Source: Podarcis melisellensis (lineage: Eukaryota). From it: 64,000 nucleotides of DNA. Below, one piece after another: positions 53,454-64,000 of the stretch (its first letter is position 1; each line of letters opens with the position of its first letter). The DNA lies in the NCBI GenBank assembly GCA_964234715.1, contig OZ174282.1. One strand, written 5' to 3'. Below the pieces are notes generated by a model, which was given only the letters and a program-made list of their open reading frames with translations, was not told the origin of the DNA and did not search any database. The position numbers and the translations under genes are program-made.

Positions 53454-53598
53454 CTTGCGAGGCGTCTTGATATACAAGTGGTACAGCCACTTCAGGACTG
53501 CTATCCGTGTCATCATCCCAATGGTTGAATCGTGAAGGTGACAGTCCAATACTTGGACAATTCCATCGAGGTTCAGGGTCACCTGGATTCTCTCAGTG
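53454..53598 (-). CDS. VAC14: VAC14 exon 11 (145 nt) [48 protein letters not shown]
   Basis: cag|C ACT...AAG|gcaagt (GC donor); ORF 53349..53648. Confidence 0.96.
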
Positions 53599-55005
53599 CT
53601 GAAGGTAAAAGGAGACAGAAGTAAGATCAGGCAGGAGCATGGTTTCATTCAGTCACTCAACATAAATAACCTCAGGGCAACTTGTACCATTTGGTTTCCC
53701 TATTGTCAATGGCATTTGCTGAATGACTTCTTCTCAATACTGCCTTTATTGAGTCCATATAAAAGCAGCACACAGAAAATCACAATGCAACAGGCTCCTT
53801 GGTTCATCATTTCACCTCAATAAACACTTCCCATATACACAGCTTTCACCTTGCAAAGAGAGAAAGTTTCTCTCCCATAAATCACTAAAATATTGCTCCT
53901 TTGCTTGCTTTCCTTAGCTGCCAACTGAATGAAAGCAAAGTCATTCTCCATTCCAGTAATGCTGGCAGCTATTTTCCAACAACTGCTCCCATCCTTTGTC
54001 TGTCTATTGAATACTTTTTTCCATTTTGCTTCCACCATTCCATTTTGTATGCTTAAGAACAAACCCTTAAAAATCTGCGGCGACTAAAGCAACTGCCGTT
54101 GACTGAATACCAGCTCGTGGATCTGTGTGGCTGCATGTTGCTGAAAAAAATTATTCTCTTTGGCTTTCGGAAGAAGGGAAGCAATATATTGACATTCCAT
54201 CCCATTATGAAAGATACACACATAACCAAGAGGATGTAACTTATTTCCTCCCTGCTCCTGGTATTGCCCTGCATGCTGCAAACCCCCTTCTGTGATTTGT
54301 TTTGTTACTAATAATAGCTTGTGCTTATTGATTTGGTCCCAAGGGCACGTGACGTAGCCACTTTGCAAAAGCCACACAGGTTTGCGTCTTGTCAGGGCAC
54401 GGATGTGCAGGCCACTTGGAAGCGCCATGTGCATAGTCTTGAGCTCCACAACGGAAGAACAGTGGGATGTCAATATATTACTCCAATTCCAAGGAAGTAC
54501 AAAGGCTCCTGCTACTCCCAAGGGCAGATCATGTCTCCCTTCCAAGCAGATCTGGAAGGAAGGGAAGAAAATGGGTAGCCTCACAGTTAGCAACCAATTC
54601 AGTTCCCTACAGAGAATGGCTGGAAGGAATGCATGCTGCCCCTTTTAGGAGGTATTAGGAGGCATGCGTGGAACAGAGAAAAAAGCAGGTTTATATTACA
54701 TCTATAAAACATTTTTTTATATTTTTAAAAAGTCACAGGGGATATTATGCAATCTCATTTCAATATTCCAGAAGACACAGGGAGCTAGCCCACCAGGTAC
54801 TGCTGACTCTGCACCTTAATTTTACTGGGGGTTGCATGGGACCCACTGCCCTGCAAAAGCACCGCAGAAAAGCAGCCCTTGAGCTCGCCTCCTTTCCTGG
54901 TCACGAAGCCTCCAGGATGAGAGGTGGAAGATGATTCCAAGTGCCAGTCCCTGGGCAACAAAAGGGACAGGAGGGAGATGTGCCCTCCCATGTCCTGCTT
55001 GTGGG

Positions 55006-55293
55006 AGACACTTGCCAGTAAGTGTTCCAGTTGGAGAACAGCCTTTACCAAAGGTGTCACGGGCTTTGAAGACACTCGAACTCAGGATGAAAGGGAGAAA
55101 CGTGCTAAGAGGAAGGCACACTTGGCAAACCATCACCATGATCAACTCCTGCCCAGAAATCTATGTCCCCACTGTGGAAGGATGTGTGGATCCAGAATTC
55201 GCTTCCACAGTCACTTATGGACTCATTGTTAAAACCGTGTTTATGGAAGACAATCTTACTTGGCTATGAGTGATCGCCAAAGAAGAAGAAGCA
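55006..55293 (+). mobile_element. RTE-clade LINE 3' end with C-terminal zinc finger and (GAA)n tail
   Basis: WETLASKCSSWRTAFTKGV..FE..KRAKRK..CPHCGRMCGSRIRFHSHLWTHC*; TSD gcttgtggg at 54997-55005 and 55294-55302. Confidence 0.85.
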
Positions 55294-55379
55294 GCTTGTG
55301 GGGTTCTCACTGAGGTGTCTGGTGGGAAAGAGGTGGCCTGGGTGGTTAGATCCAGCATCAGGCCTCCAGTGCTCTAAGG

Positions 55380-55515
55380 CAGTGTTTCCCAACCTTGGGT
55401 CTCCAGCTGTTTTCAGACTACAGTTCCCATCATCCCTGACCACTAGTCTTGCTAGCTAGGAATGATGGGAGTTGTAGTCCCAAAACAGCTGGAGACCCAA
55501 GGTTGGGAAACACTG
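55380..55515. mobile_element. Palindromic hAT-derived MITE with perfect TSD
   Basis: cagtgtttcccaaccttgggtctccagctg / cagctggagacccaaggttgggaaacactg; 8-bp TSD ctctaagg on both sides. Confidence 0.9.
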
Positions 55516-57046
55516 CTCTAAGGCACTTCTCTTTCTCCAGCTCTTATGCAGCCCCTTATCTGTGAGTCCACAGCTAACTGTGTTGACTGCTTGCCTCCAA
55601 ATCACCACATCCACTATTGACTCCTCGTTTTCATTGCTCCTTCTCCAAGACTTTTTCCTTCCTCCTGACCATTCTCAGCATATTGATCAACTATCGTTTG
55701 TAACTATTGTAGTTAAAAGTTGTGATGCTGTTATTGTTAAAAGTCAAATCTATAATTACTTCATATAAACGTTATGTATGGATCACTTTCCCCACAAAAG
55801 CCTACTTGTGCCCCAAGGTTACCCTCAGGGAGGAACTTTGAGTGCCCCCATTTCCCCAAAGCAGCAAGTAACCACCAGGAGAAAGGTCCGTCACAGTGCC
55901 AATGCCTTGCCCTGGCACCTATGCTCAATATCCTGTCAGCACTGAGCAAAGAAAAGTTTTACTCTCCAAGGCATTCCAGCCATGAGTTCCATTCCCAAGG
56001 CTTGGCCTTTGTGCTGCTCTGCCATCTTCTGGTCTAGACTGTTTTATTGTAACATAACATTTCTAAAAAAATGAATACATACAGTTCTGGTTGTTGCCTC
56101 ATCTAAAAAAGGGGAGCTGAGAGCTGGAAAAGGAGTATGTGGTGGGAATTATGCATGCTGCAGCACAGCCTTTGCCAACCTGGTGCCCTCCATGTGTTTT
56201 GGACTACAACTCCCATCAGCCCCAGCAACCTTACAGATATGCTAGCTTCCAGGTATACAAGAAACCCAAGGCTGCTGAGAGGGCCACACTCAGGTTCCAT
56301 GCTTCCTTTATATACACAAACAGACTGTCATGGCCTGTTCATTTTATGGGGTGAAGGCAAGCTAACTGTCTGGGGCAAATGCCACTCAATTATCACCTCC
56401 TCTGCTTCAGCAAGGTTTTTATCCCACAGGATTCAGCTGCTTTGCTCTTTCTGCCCAGTGGACAATGCCCATCCCAAATGCCCGGAAGGGATCCTGCAAA
56501 ACTGCTGAGTGCCCAAAGGCAGAACACCTGCCACTCACCAGCTTCTGCTGCCATTTGAAATCAGATGTTTTGCATCAACTCAAATACTGACCCTAGAGAC
56601 AGCCAAAAGCAAGTTTCATAGCTATTCACAGAATTCAAGTCTAAACAGCATTTGGGTTTGTAAGCTACACTTTGTGGGTTAGAAGGAGGTGGTTTACTAT
56701 CCCAAGCACAGGTGTGCTCTGACCCACATCACCTCACTGTGGGGGGAATGCATGCAGAAACATGCTCGCTTCATCTGAATGCACCCCCCCAGTTACTAGC
56801 AGGAAAGAACCTCACATCATTGAGAGGTGCCTCATAGTTCACCAGCTGCTCTGAATTCCTTCTAAGCAGCATCCTCTGCCACCAAAGCCCATGCAGTACT
56901 CTGTAAACCATGGTTTGCAGCAACTCAATGGCACTATCCAGTCCAGCGCAAGATCCAAGCATAGGAATGCACAGCAGAATCTCCCCCTCTGTAAAATGCT
57001 ACAGAGGATCCCCCAGTTTCATTAACAAGAGGCAGCTGTTTTTTAC

Positions 57047-57107
57047 CTGGCTGGTATAAAGACACTGGTGTTGCTGAAATTGGAATCGCCGGAAGCATCC
57101 AGGCAGC
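57047..57107 (-). CDS. VAC14: VAC14 exon 10 (61 nt) GCLDASGDSNFSNTSVFIPAS
   Basis: tctccctgcag|GC TGC...GCC AG|gtaaaa; similar to recalled human GPDGSCDSSFSSGISVFTAAS; supplies the required phase 1 to 2 shift. Confidence 0.9.
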
Positions 57108-57834
57108 CTGCAGGGAGACAGGTGTCAGTTAGCTTGAACATGGCACAACACTGTCAGAGGAACACAAAGGGCTGGCACTTGCAAGGACTGCTCCCCAAAC
57201 AAAATAGTGATGTGGCCCCAGGTAAGAATGTTTTGAAAACATCAAGACAGTGAGGTAGTCAGGTCTGTAGATAACATTCAGGATGATGAAAAACAAGCAG
57301 CCTCATTGCTGAGGTCCATGGTGTAGCTGACACTCTGAGCAACTGCCTAAACGTCTCTGTGGAAGACCTGGCTTCATTTCCAACTGACCCTGCCCTCACT
57401 GGGAACCTGATCAACAATGTTGGTGTTTGCTTCTCTCTCGAGGACAGCATCCTCCACCCCTTTTTTTACACACAGAACTGCTTGAGAACAATGCCTTTTA
57501 AAACCCAGCCAATATAAGACAGGCTAAGTGACTGGAGATACAATTTTCCCACTATGGAGTGATTGGGTGGCCTTGGAAGACAGTATCTTGATTGCCTCAT
57601 CTTTTCCCAGTCATTCCGTGGTGAGAAACTTGTACTGTCCTATCTCCACTTGTTTAGCACATTATCCTGCCACCCCCCATGCCTCGTATTTTTCTCAGGT
57701 AACCCCTTCTCTCCAGCCTGACAGAAAGCACATTGCAATACTCCAAAGTCCAGGTCACGAGAGCAGGGATAAGTATCTGTACAAAAAGCCAGACAGAAAG
57801 ACAGTTTGCTTGGGGGGGGGGGATAAGGACTTAC

Positions 57835-57993
57835 CGCCCGAGGTCACCTCCTGCTTGGAGAGAGATTCATCCTGATCACCCTCCATTATCTGGGGGGCTG
57901 TTGTGGGCTGCTTGGTCTCATCAACCTCATCATCTTCCGGAATAACCAGCTTCATGAGGCTCTGGTTGCACACATTGGCCACCTCTTTGATGC
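57835..57993 (-). CDS. VAC14: VAC14 exon 9 (159 nt) [52 protein letters not shown]
   Basis: cag|GC ATC...GGC G|gtaagt; ORF 57755..57982. Confidence 0.95.
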
Positions 57994-58990
57994 CTGCACC
58001 CCATGGATGTAAGGAACATTCATTCCCAAGTCATGTTCCCAATCACCATTGTAGAAGGCTCATACAGAACAGGCCCTGTGGCAAGAATCTAACCTCAAGA
58101 TCTTTCACAGGGGCCCATAGGCACTAGAACCACAGACAGGGGAGAGGGAGGGGGAGGGGGTGCTGGGCCAAGCCAGAAGGGGCCCATCAAGTCCAGCATC
58201 TTGTTCTGACCCTGGCCAACAAGATGCCTCACTGGGAACCCCACAAGCAGGACCTGAGCACAAGAGCATCTTTCCCTACTTGAGATTCCTAGCAGCTTGT
58301 ATTCAGAGGCACACTGCCCCTGATGGTGAAGAAAGAGCATTGCCATCGTGGCTGGTAGGCACTGATAGCCTACTCCATGAATTTGTCTGGTCTTCTTTTA
58401 AAGCCATCCAAGTTGGTGGGTATCACTATTTCTTTTAGGAGTGAGTTCCATAGCCTTTTAAGTGCTAGAAAACTGGTTTCAGGCTGATATTTTTAGGCTG
58501 GCAAAGGTTGCATCAGTTATCAGATTTGGCACATGTTTAGAGAACATTACAGCACAAACCCTCTATAAGAAAAAAATAGGGAAGATTCTCAACTCATGGG
58601 CCAAAAGGAATACTGAAGTATGTTTGATTCCTTCTCATGGCCCAGCCTGAGCGATGCTACATCTTTCAGTAAAGATACCCACAAAAGGGGTGTCACATGA
58701 AAATGGCTCTTCTACTGAAGCCAACCCTTTGCTTAAGCATCCCAGGGAAAGCAATTGTGGGGCTGCTCTGATGTCAAGGAAAGCACAGAAAGCAGAGCTG
58801 CTTACGGAGCTGCCCCCCAGTCCTTTTCATGATCCACAGGCTCACAAGGAAGCTGCAGCAGCAAAATCCTCCAATGGCATAAACCAGGGCTGTTGACTTA
58901 GCCTGACCCTCCTCCCTCCTTTCTGCCGGATGCTGATGGACATTTCTGAAGGAAGGGATGAGAGGAGGACAGCCTCTGCTGCAAGGATAC
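57994..58990 (-). other. VAC14: U12-type (minor spliceosome) GT-AG intron 8
   Basis: 5' GTATCCTTG; branch-like TTCCTTAC at 58009-58016 close to the AG; no pyrimidine tract. Confidence 0.9.
58165..58460 (-). mobile_element. CR1 3' end inside U12 intron 8
   Basis: ggcccatcaagtccagcatcttgttct...cttttaaagccatccaagttggtgg...gagttccatag. Confidence 0.75.
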
Positions 58991-59125
58991 TCTTCTTCCG
59001 GTCATCATAGGACAGGCACGGCAGGACAGCTGTCAGGATCCCTGAGGAATATGGCAGCATCACCCGGCCAGCCAGCTGGATGAATTCGCGCATCCAGCAC
59101 ATGGCAGTCAACTGGATTAGGTCAT
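58991..59125 (-). CDS. VAC14: VAC14 exon 8 (135 nt) [44 protein letters not shown]
   Basis: cag|AT GAC...AAG A|gtatccttg (U12 donor); ORF 58842..59135. Confidence 0.97.
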
Positions 59126-59384
59126 CTGCAGTCAAAGTGATCGGGAAACAAAAAGGTGGTTTAGCAGAATGTCTGGAAAGGGGTGGGTGAGGTGCCTCTC
59201 TTTCCCCAGGAAGCCTTCCCTCCTCTTCCCTCCATCACTGCTGAACAGTGCTGCTTCTGTTCTGCTCCTGTGCTTTGTTTGTCTTGTGGTTTAATTTTAA
59301 TAATATTTGTTTCAGTTGTGATGGTTCTGGAACACACACAAGGATCATACGGTGAAGGGTGGGCTGGAAATACAAATAACTTAC

Positions 59385-59491
59385 CAGAAGCCTGGCAGTG
59401 AATCACCAAGATGTTGGCCATCTCAGCAAACTTGACACTGGAAGGGTTTTTCTTGATCTCTTTCAAAAATTCACCAAGGGCCACTTCACAC
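59385..59491 (-). CDS. VAC14: VAC14 exon 7 (107 nt) [35 protein letters not shown]
   Basis: cag|G TGT...TCT G|gtaagt; ORF 59161..59484. Confidence 0.97.
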
Positions 59492-59980
59492 CTGTTTGCA
59501 AGGGGGGAAAGGCAGGGGGTTTAGAAATAGGTCTTCTGCTATAGGGGAAACAACATGAAAAGGTGTAAAGGGAAGCAGATGCCCCTTTCCGTTCACTCTT
59601 TCTCCTCACACAGACACGAGGACAGGAGTCTGCTTGCTGGGCCTCCAGCACAGGTTCCAGCCTAGAAACTTTGCTTTCTACCAAGACACTTGAACATAGA
59701 GCCCTGAAGCTGGATCACACCGAGATGGGCCCATCTCACCCAGCATCCTATTCTTCAAGTGGCCGAGCAGACTTCCCTGTGGGAAGCCCTTGAGCAGGAC
59801 ACACAAGGCAACAGCCCCCTCCTCTCACCCAAAGCTGCTGCTTCCTGTTTAAGAGTGTCAACTGGGTTGAAGCCGAAGGAAATGGTGATGCAACTTATGG
59901 AGCACTGCCCTGGAAACAAAGGGGCAAAGCCTGCGTATCAACAGCCAAGCAGTTATCCCCAGATCCAGCTCTGCACTCAC

Positions 59981-60090
59981 ATTTTACGTATCTCCTTGCT
60001 GTTGTCACCCAGGATCTGGAAGAGGCCATCTAGAATCTCTGGCAGGTAATCCAGAAGGTTGATATCTGGAACTGACTCCAGAACCAAGAT
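59981..60090 (-). CDS. VAC14: VAC14 exon 6 (110 nt) [36 protein letters not shown](M)
   Basis: ag|ATC...AAA AT|gtgagt. Confidence 0.97.
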
Positions 60091-60367
60091 CTAACTCAAG
60101 GGGAAAAGACAAACAAAAGGAAGATGATACAGAAGCGCAGTGGCAAGTAGTAGCATGTGTCTCTTTAGACCTAAACTGGATTTGCCACAAGATGTCAAGT
60201 GGTGCTTTTCGGGTCCTAGAAGTAGCTTGCATAATGGGAGACGAGGAAGGGGACAGAGAGTGGGGGTAACACCATTTCAGGGACAACCTTCAGCCAGCCC
60301 AGTCTGGCCTTTAGCAAGTGAGTTTCTAAAGGAGATGGGTTGTGTTCTGGAAAATTAGATTATGTGC

Positions 60368-61035
60368 CAGTGGCGGACCTACATTTTGGGGGCCCTGAAG
60401 ATTGAACTGTCATGGGAGCAACCAGAAACAAGATCTAGGTAGCCACTGTTATCTTCTTCAATGGGGTTGTTCCCATGACAGATCCCCACACATTCACATC
60501 TGTGCTACTGACTCTCAAACTACGGGATTGTTGAAATATATACAATAAAGCTCAACTCAAATTGGGTCTATTAGGAGCTAGGGATGCGGGTGGTGCTGTG
60601 GTCGGCGGTTTGATTCAGCGCAACAGGGTGAGCTCCTGTTGCTTTGTCCCAGCTTCTGCCAACCTAGCAGTTTGAAGCACATCAGTGCAAGTAGATAAAT
60701 AGGTACCACTGCGGTGGGAAGGTAAATGGCATTTCTATGAGCTCTGGCTTTCATCACAGTGTTCTGTTGTTCCAGAAGCGGTTTAGTCATGCTGGCCACA
60801 TGACCCAGTAAGCTGTCTGTGGACAAATGCTGGCTCCCTTGGCCTGAAAAGTGAGATGAGTGCTGCACCCCATAGTCGCCTTTGACTGGACTTAACTGTC
60901 CAGTGGCCCTTTACCTTACCTTACTGCTAGAACTAAAAATTTTAAGCAGTGTGGACTAAATTCACTTTTTGTGGCCCCTCCAGGATTAAGGGCACTGCAG
61001 CTTAAGCTTCATTCCTTTAATAGTAGATCTCCCTG
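60368..61035. mobile_element. Old hAT-type MITE interrupted by a Sauria SINE
   Basis: Ends cagtggcggacctac / gtagatctccctg; TSD ttatgtgc/ttatgtac (7/8). Confidence 0.65.
60581..60924 (+). mobile_element. Sauria SINE
   Basis: gggatgcgggtggtgctgtggtc..cagcttctgccaacctagcagtttgaagcac..gtgcaagtagataaataggtacc..gtcatgctggccacatgacc..(ACCTT)n tail. Confidence 0.9.
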
Positions 61036-61691
61036 TTATGTACATTCACTCAAAAGAAACAAGACCCAAAAAGTCTTTGAGACACATGGAAGATTTGCCT
61101 CACTAATCATTTAAATTTTTAGCCAGCTCCAGGTTAAAATATGCTCCCCAAAGTATTTGAGTCTGACAAGGTGGAAATCAGCCTTTGCCACTCTGAAAGG
61201 TCATTTTAGGCCACTAAGAGGCACCTCACATAGAAGAGAGCTGGTGCCTTCAGCACCAGCAAGTCTTCACTGGTAAGGAATTCCACACCTGTAGAAAGTC
61301 TCTCAAAGGCCCTTTTCACGCAGCCAGGTCAGAGCAAGGGACTCCCTTCTACTAAACCTGCAACAGGGCTTGGAAAGAAGGTATCAGGAAGTCAGCAGCT
61401 ACTGGTGACAAACTGCAAACAATTGCCAAGGAAAGGCCTTTCCACAAAGGCCTTTCCACAAAGGAACTATGCATCATCTGTTACCAGCAGTTTCTAACAG
61501 AGCCATCAAGAGCAACAATATACACAGCAGCTCCAGCTGCTTCCCAAGCAGGTAACAAGCACTCCCATGCTGCTGTTTATACCACCATCCATTCCAAAGT
61601 ATCAGAAAACACTGAGCTGACAGTTATAAAACACACTGCTCACTTGAGATGCCAGAGAAACAAACCCCAGCATCAGACCAAAAACACTTAC

Positions 61692-61799
61692 CCAGGAAAT
61701 GATAAACTGTCGAGCATACTGGTTGTTGGAGTAGATTCTCTCACGCAGCAGTGGAATGAAGCTCACCAGATCAAAGTTGTTGCTCTCAGTCACAATGTC
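61692..61799 (-). CDS. VAC14: VAC14 exon 5 (108 nt) [36 protein letters not shown]
   Basis: ag|GAC...TGG|gtaagt; ORF 61602..61793. Confidence 0.97.
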
Positions 61800-63816
61800 C
61801 TAGAAAGTCAGAGCCAATGAGCATGAGAATGAGCCTTGACTCCCTTCCTATCAGTGCTTGAACCCTACATAAAGTCCAGGACCTCTACCACTCTAGAAAG
61901 GAAAGCCATGCATAAGCTCAGCCTTCACCAGCCGGAGTCTTCCAGATGTTCCGGACAACTCCCATTGGTCACAGCCAGCACAGCTGTTGGGAGCTAGAGT
62001 CCAAAATATCTGGAAGATGTCAGGTGTGCCAAAGGCTGCATTAGCTCCAGACCAACTGCCTGAATCCAAGACATTGTGGTGCTTGAAGGTCCAGCCTTTT
62101 CCTAACAGAGATGTGAGATCTGGCTGATGCTGTCCTACAATCTGCTTCATATGCTTGCTGAACACACCATGATTGCCAACATTTGCCTTTATATTCCAGT
62201 GTAAATGTATGACTTCTCAGCATTTGTAAGAGGATTATCCCTGAACATCCCCCATTTCCAAGCATTCTGCAGAGATTTAATGTCCTTAGTTTTCCTTTTG
62301 AACTAATTTCCTTCTTACTGAAAAAAATCCATTTTCCAAAATCCATGCAACTACAATTAACTTAGTTGGCAAATCTCCAGTCACCTTCTTATGTATACAA
62401 ATGTGAAACATCACCAACTAAATTAAACATAGTCCCATCTGGTTTCAAAAGAGGAATCCATATGCACACAAACACACTTGGTAACGTTGTGTTCTCGATC
62501 AGTCAACAACATTTGTATCAGGGGCACAGGTCCTGGGGTTAATTATTAAAACCAGCATTAAGTTCCTGGTTGCTGCACTCTTGGAGGCTCCATGACCAGA
62601 ACCTTTCTAAGGCACAGCAGCTTAGTAAACCTAGAACTTCAGGTAATTTACTGTTTTCCAAACATGTTTTTACTCTGTTGATGTGAATGTGGTTGAAATC
62701 ATGCTCATTACAACACTCTTCCCACACTTCTTTCTCCATTTCCAGTTGATCCTCAGAGTTCTGGTCATGAAATTAGTTTTCATGTTTGGTATTATGACCA
62801 ACAGGGATTGTGTGGAAGAGCTGGTTCCTCTTTCATTTTCTAGTTTTTTGGACTCTATGCCTTCTTTCTCATACAGAGAACAATCACGCCCTGTCCGGTT
62901 TCTATAGAGGTTGTGAAGAACCAAATCTTCACAATCTTTTATTTTTTAAAAACCCTGTTTGTTTCCCTTGTCCTAGACCAAAGCCTCACACCATTTAAAA
63001 TATCTGCTCTTTGTTCTCTGGGGTGCTTGAGAAGTCCTCTGGTGGCTCAGCCAGATGCCCAGGCAAACGCCAAAGCTGCTTCAGAGGTTTTACTGTATAG
63101 CTTTTTCTTCCCCTTTCCTATGAAACTCAGATACTCTGTTTCTTCTGGAAGAGGAAGCTCGCTTTCATGTAATTCTGCTTGCTCTTCAGGGAACAACCAA
63201 TCTCAGAGGACAGTGGGAACAAGGAAGGTGACCTTTGATCTCTAAAGAAGAAGGCTGGTCAGCAGCATCTGCCTTGCCTCTAGTACAAGATGGCTTGTTT
63301 CTTAGCAGGCTAGGATGCAGTGCCAGTAGCTAGAGCATCCAGCCAGAGGTGCATTATGCATGCTCAGTTTGCTTTATGAACTTGGTTTCAGTTTCCCATC
63401 TTTCCCATAAATTTCTGATTCCCTTAGAAAAATTAACAGAAGCGTTTGTCTGTGGGAGTTGGGTCCACATTCCAGTGTACTTAGTTCCAACACAGTCTCC
63501 AGCCTTCTCAGGTGCTTCATATAAAGCATGAATGGCAGGGCTGCTGAGTACATGATCTCTCTCCTGGCCTGGGACCCTGGCAGACACCCAAACTCACCAC
63601 TTTCTGCAAAATTACTTTTCCTATTACTCATCACTTCTATCACACCCAGAAGAACATTCTCACTTTTTTAGCATCTTTCTATATTTAAAACTTGAAAACC
63701 AGGATAGCAGATTCTACATGAGATCGCAAACAAGACTAATGCAGGAAATATGCATCCCTCCACCTGTAACCTATCCCCAGCACATCATGAGCTGCTGTCA
63801 GCAGGAAGGACTGTAC

Positions 63817-63879
63817 CTTCAGAAGCCGGTCCAGGAGTTCAGATCCACTTTTGACATTTGGGTCTGGATCTGCAGCAAG
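63817..63879 (-). CDS. VAC14: VAC14 exon 4 (63 nt) [21 protein letters not shown]
   Basis: ctag|CTT...AAG|gtacag; matches recalled human sequence; not in ORF track. Confidence 0.97.
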
Positions 63880-64000
63880 CTAGGAAAAACAGAGAGAGTA
63901 TGTGGTGTGGCTGAGCCGTGTGCATAAGACACTAGTAGTGACTTGACCAGGAGACAACTATTTTCTGTTGGCTATTGACTCCCAGCAATGGGGCAGGGAC

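Larger units (their letters stand above)
1..64000 (-). other. VAC14: VAC14 gene body (partial: exons 4-18 equivalents plus introns; both ends outside window)
   Basis: 15 exons with splice sites whose translation matches vertebrate VAC14 ([21 protein letters not shown] ... [12 protein letters not shown]); phases are consistent across all junctions. Confidence 0.98.

Noticed and set aside
9345-62040. Recurring ggactacaactcccatca / tgggagttgtagtcc motif (about 9350, 9870, 19150, 22680, 31590, 33810, 35710, 56170, 61930) suggesting a CRISPR-like or satellite array
   Set aside because: Dispersed, decayed copies of a common lizard palindromic MITE family; no regular repeat-spacer structure, and the DNA is eukaryotic.

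Overview
Vertebrate nuclear DNA, most likely from a squamate and probably a lacertid lizard, judged from a Sauria SINE, squamate tRNA-SINEs, CR1/L2/L1/RTE LINE fragments and abundant hAT/Tc1 MITEs. The whole window lies inside one gene, VAC14 (scaffold of the PIKfyve-FIG4-VAC14 PI(3,5)P2 complex), on the minus strand. Fifteen consecutive coding exons can be mapped base by base, equivalent to human exons 4-18 (numbering and sizes recalled from the human gene). They total 1769 nt with an open, phase-consistent frame. Exons 1-3 lie beyond the right edge, and the last exon was not found and probably lies beyond the left edge. Two introns are U12-type (minor spliceosome) and one has a GC donor. Almost all ORFs in the supplied track are spurious. 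The most interesting non-standard signals are: (i) a young 536-bp hAT-type MITE with a perfect 8-bp TSD, nested in an L1, whose interior looks like captured CpG-island/first-exon DNA (Pack-type element); (ii) a candidate in-frame 39-nt cassette exon between exons 13 and 14; (iii) a MITE whose flanks have become perfect inverted repeats, giving a 68-bp hairpin inside a U12 intron; (iv) candidate enhancer-like blocks, poison exons and a possible decayed zinc-finger gene relic. No wholly new biological system can be demonstrated from the sequence alone.
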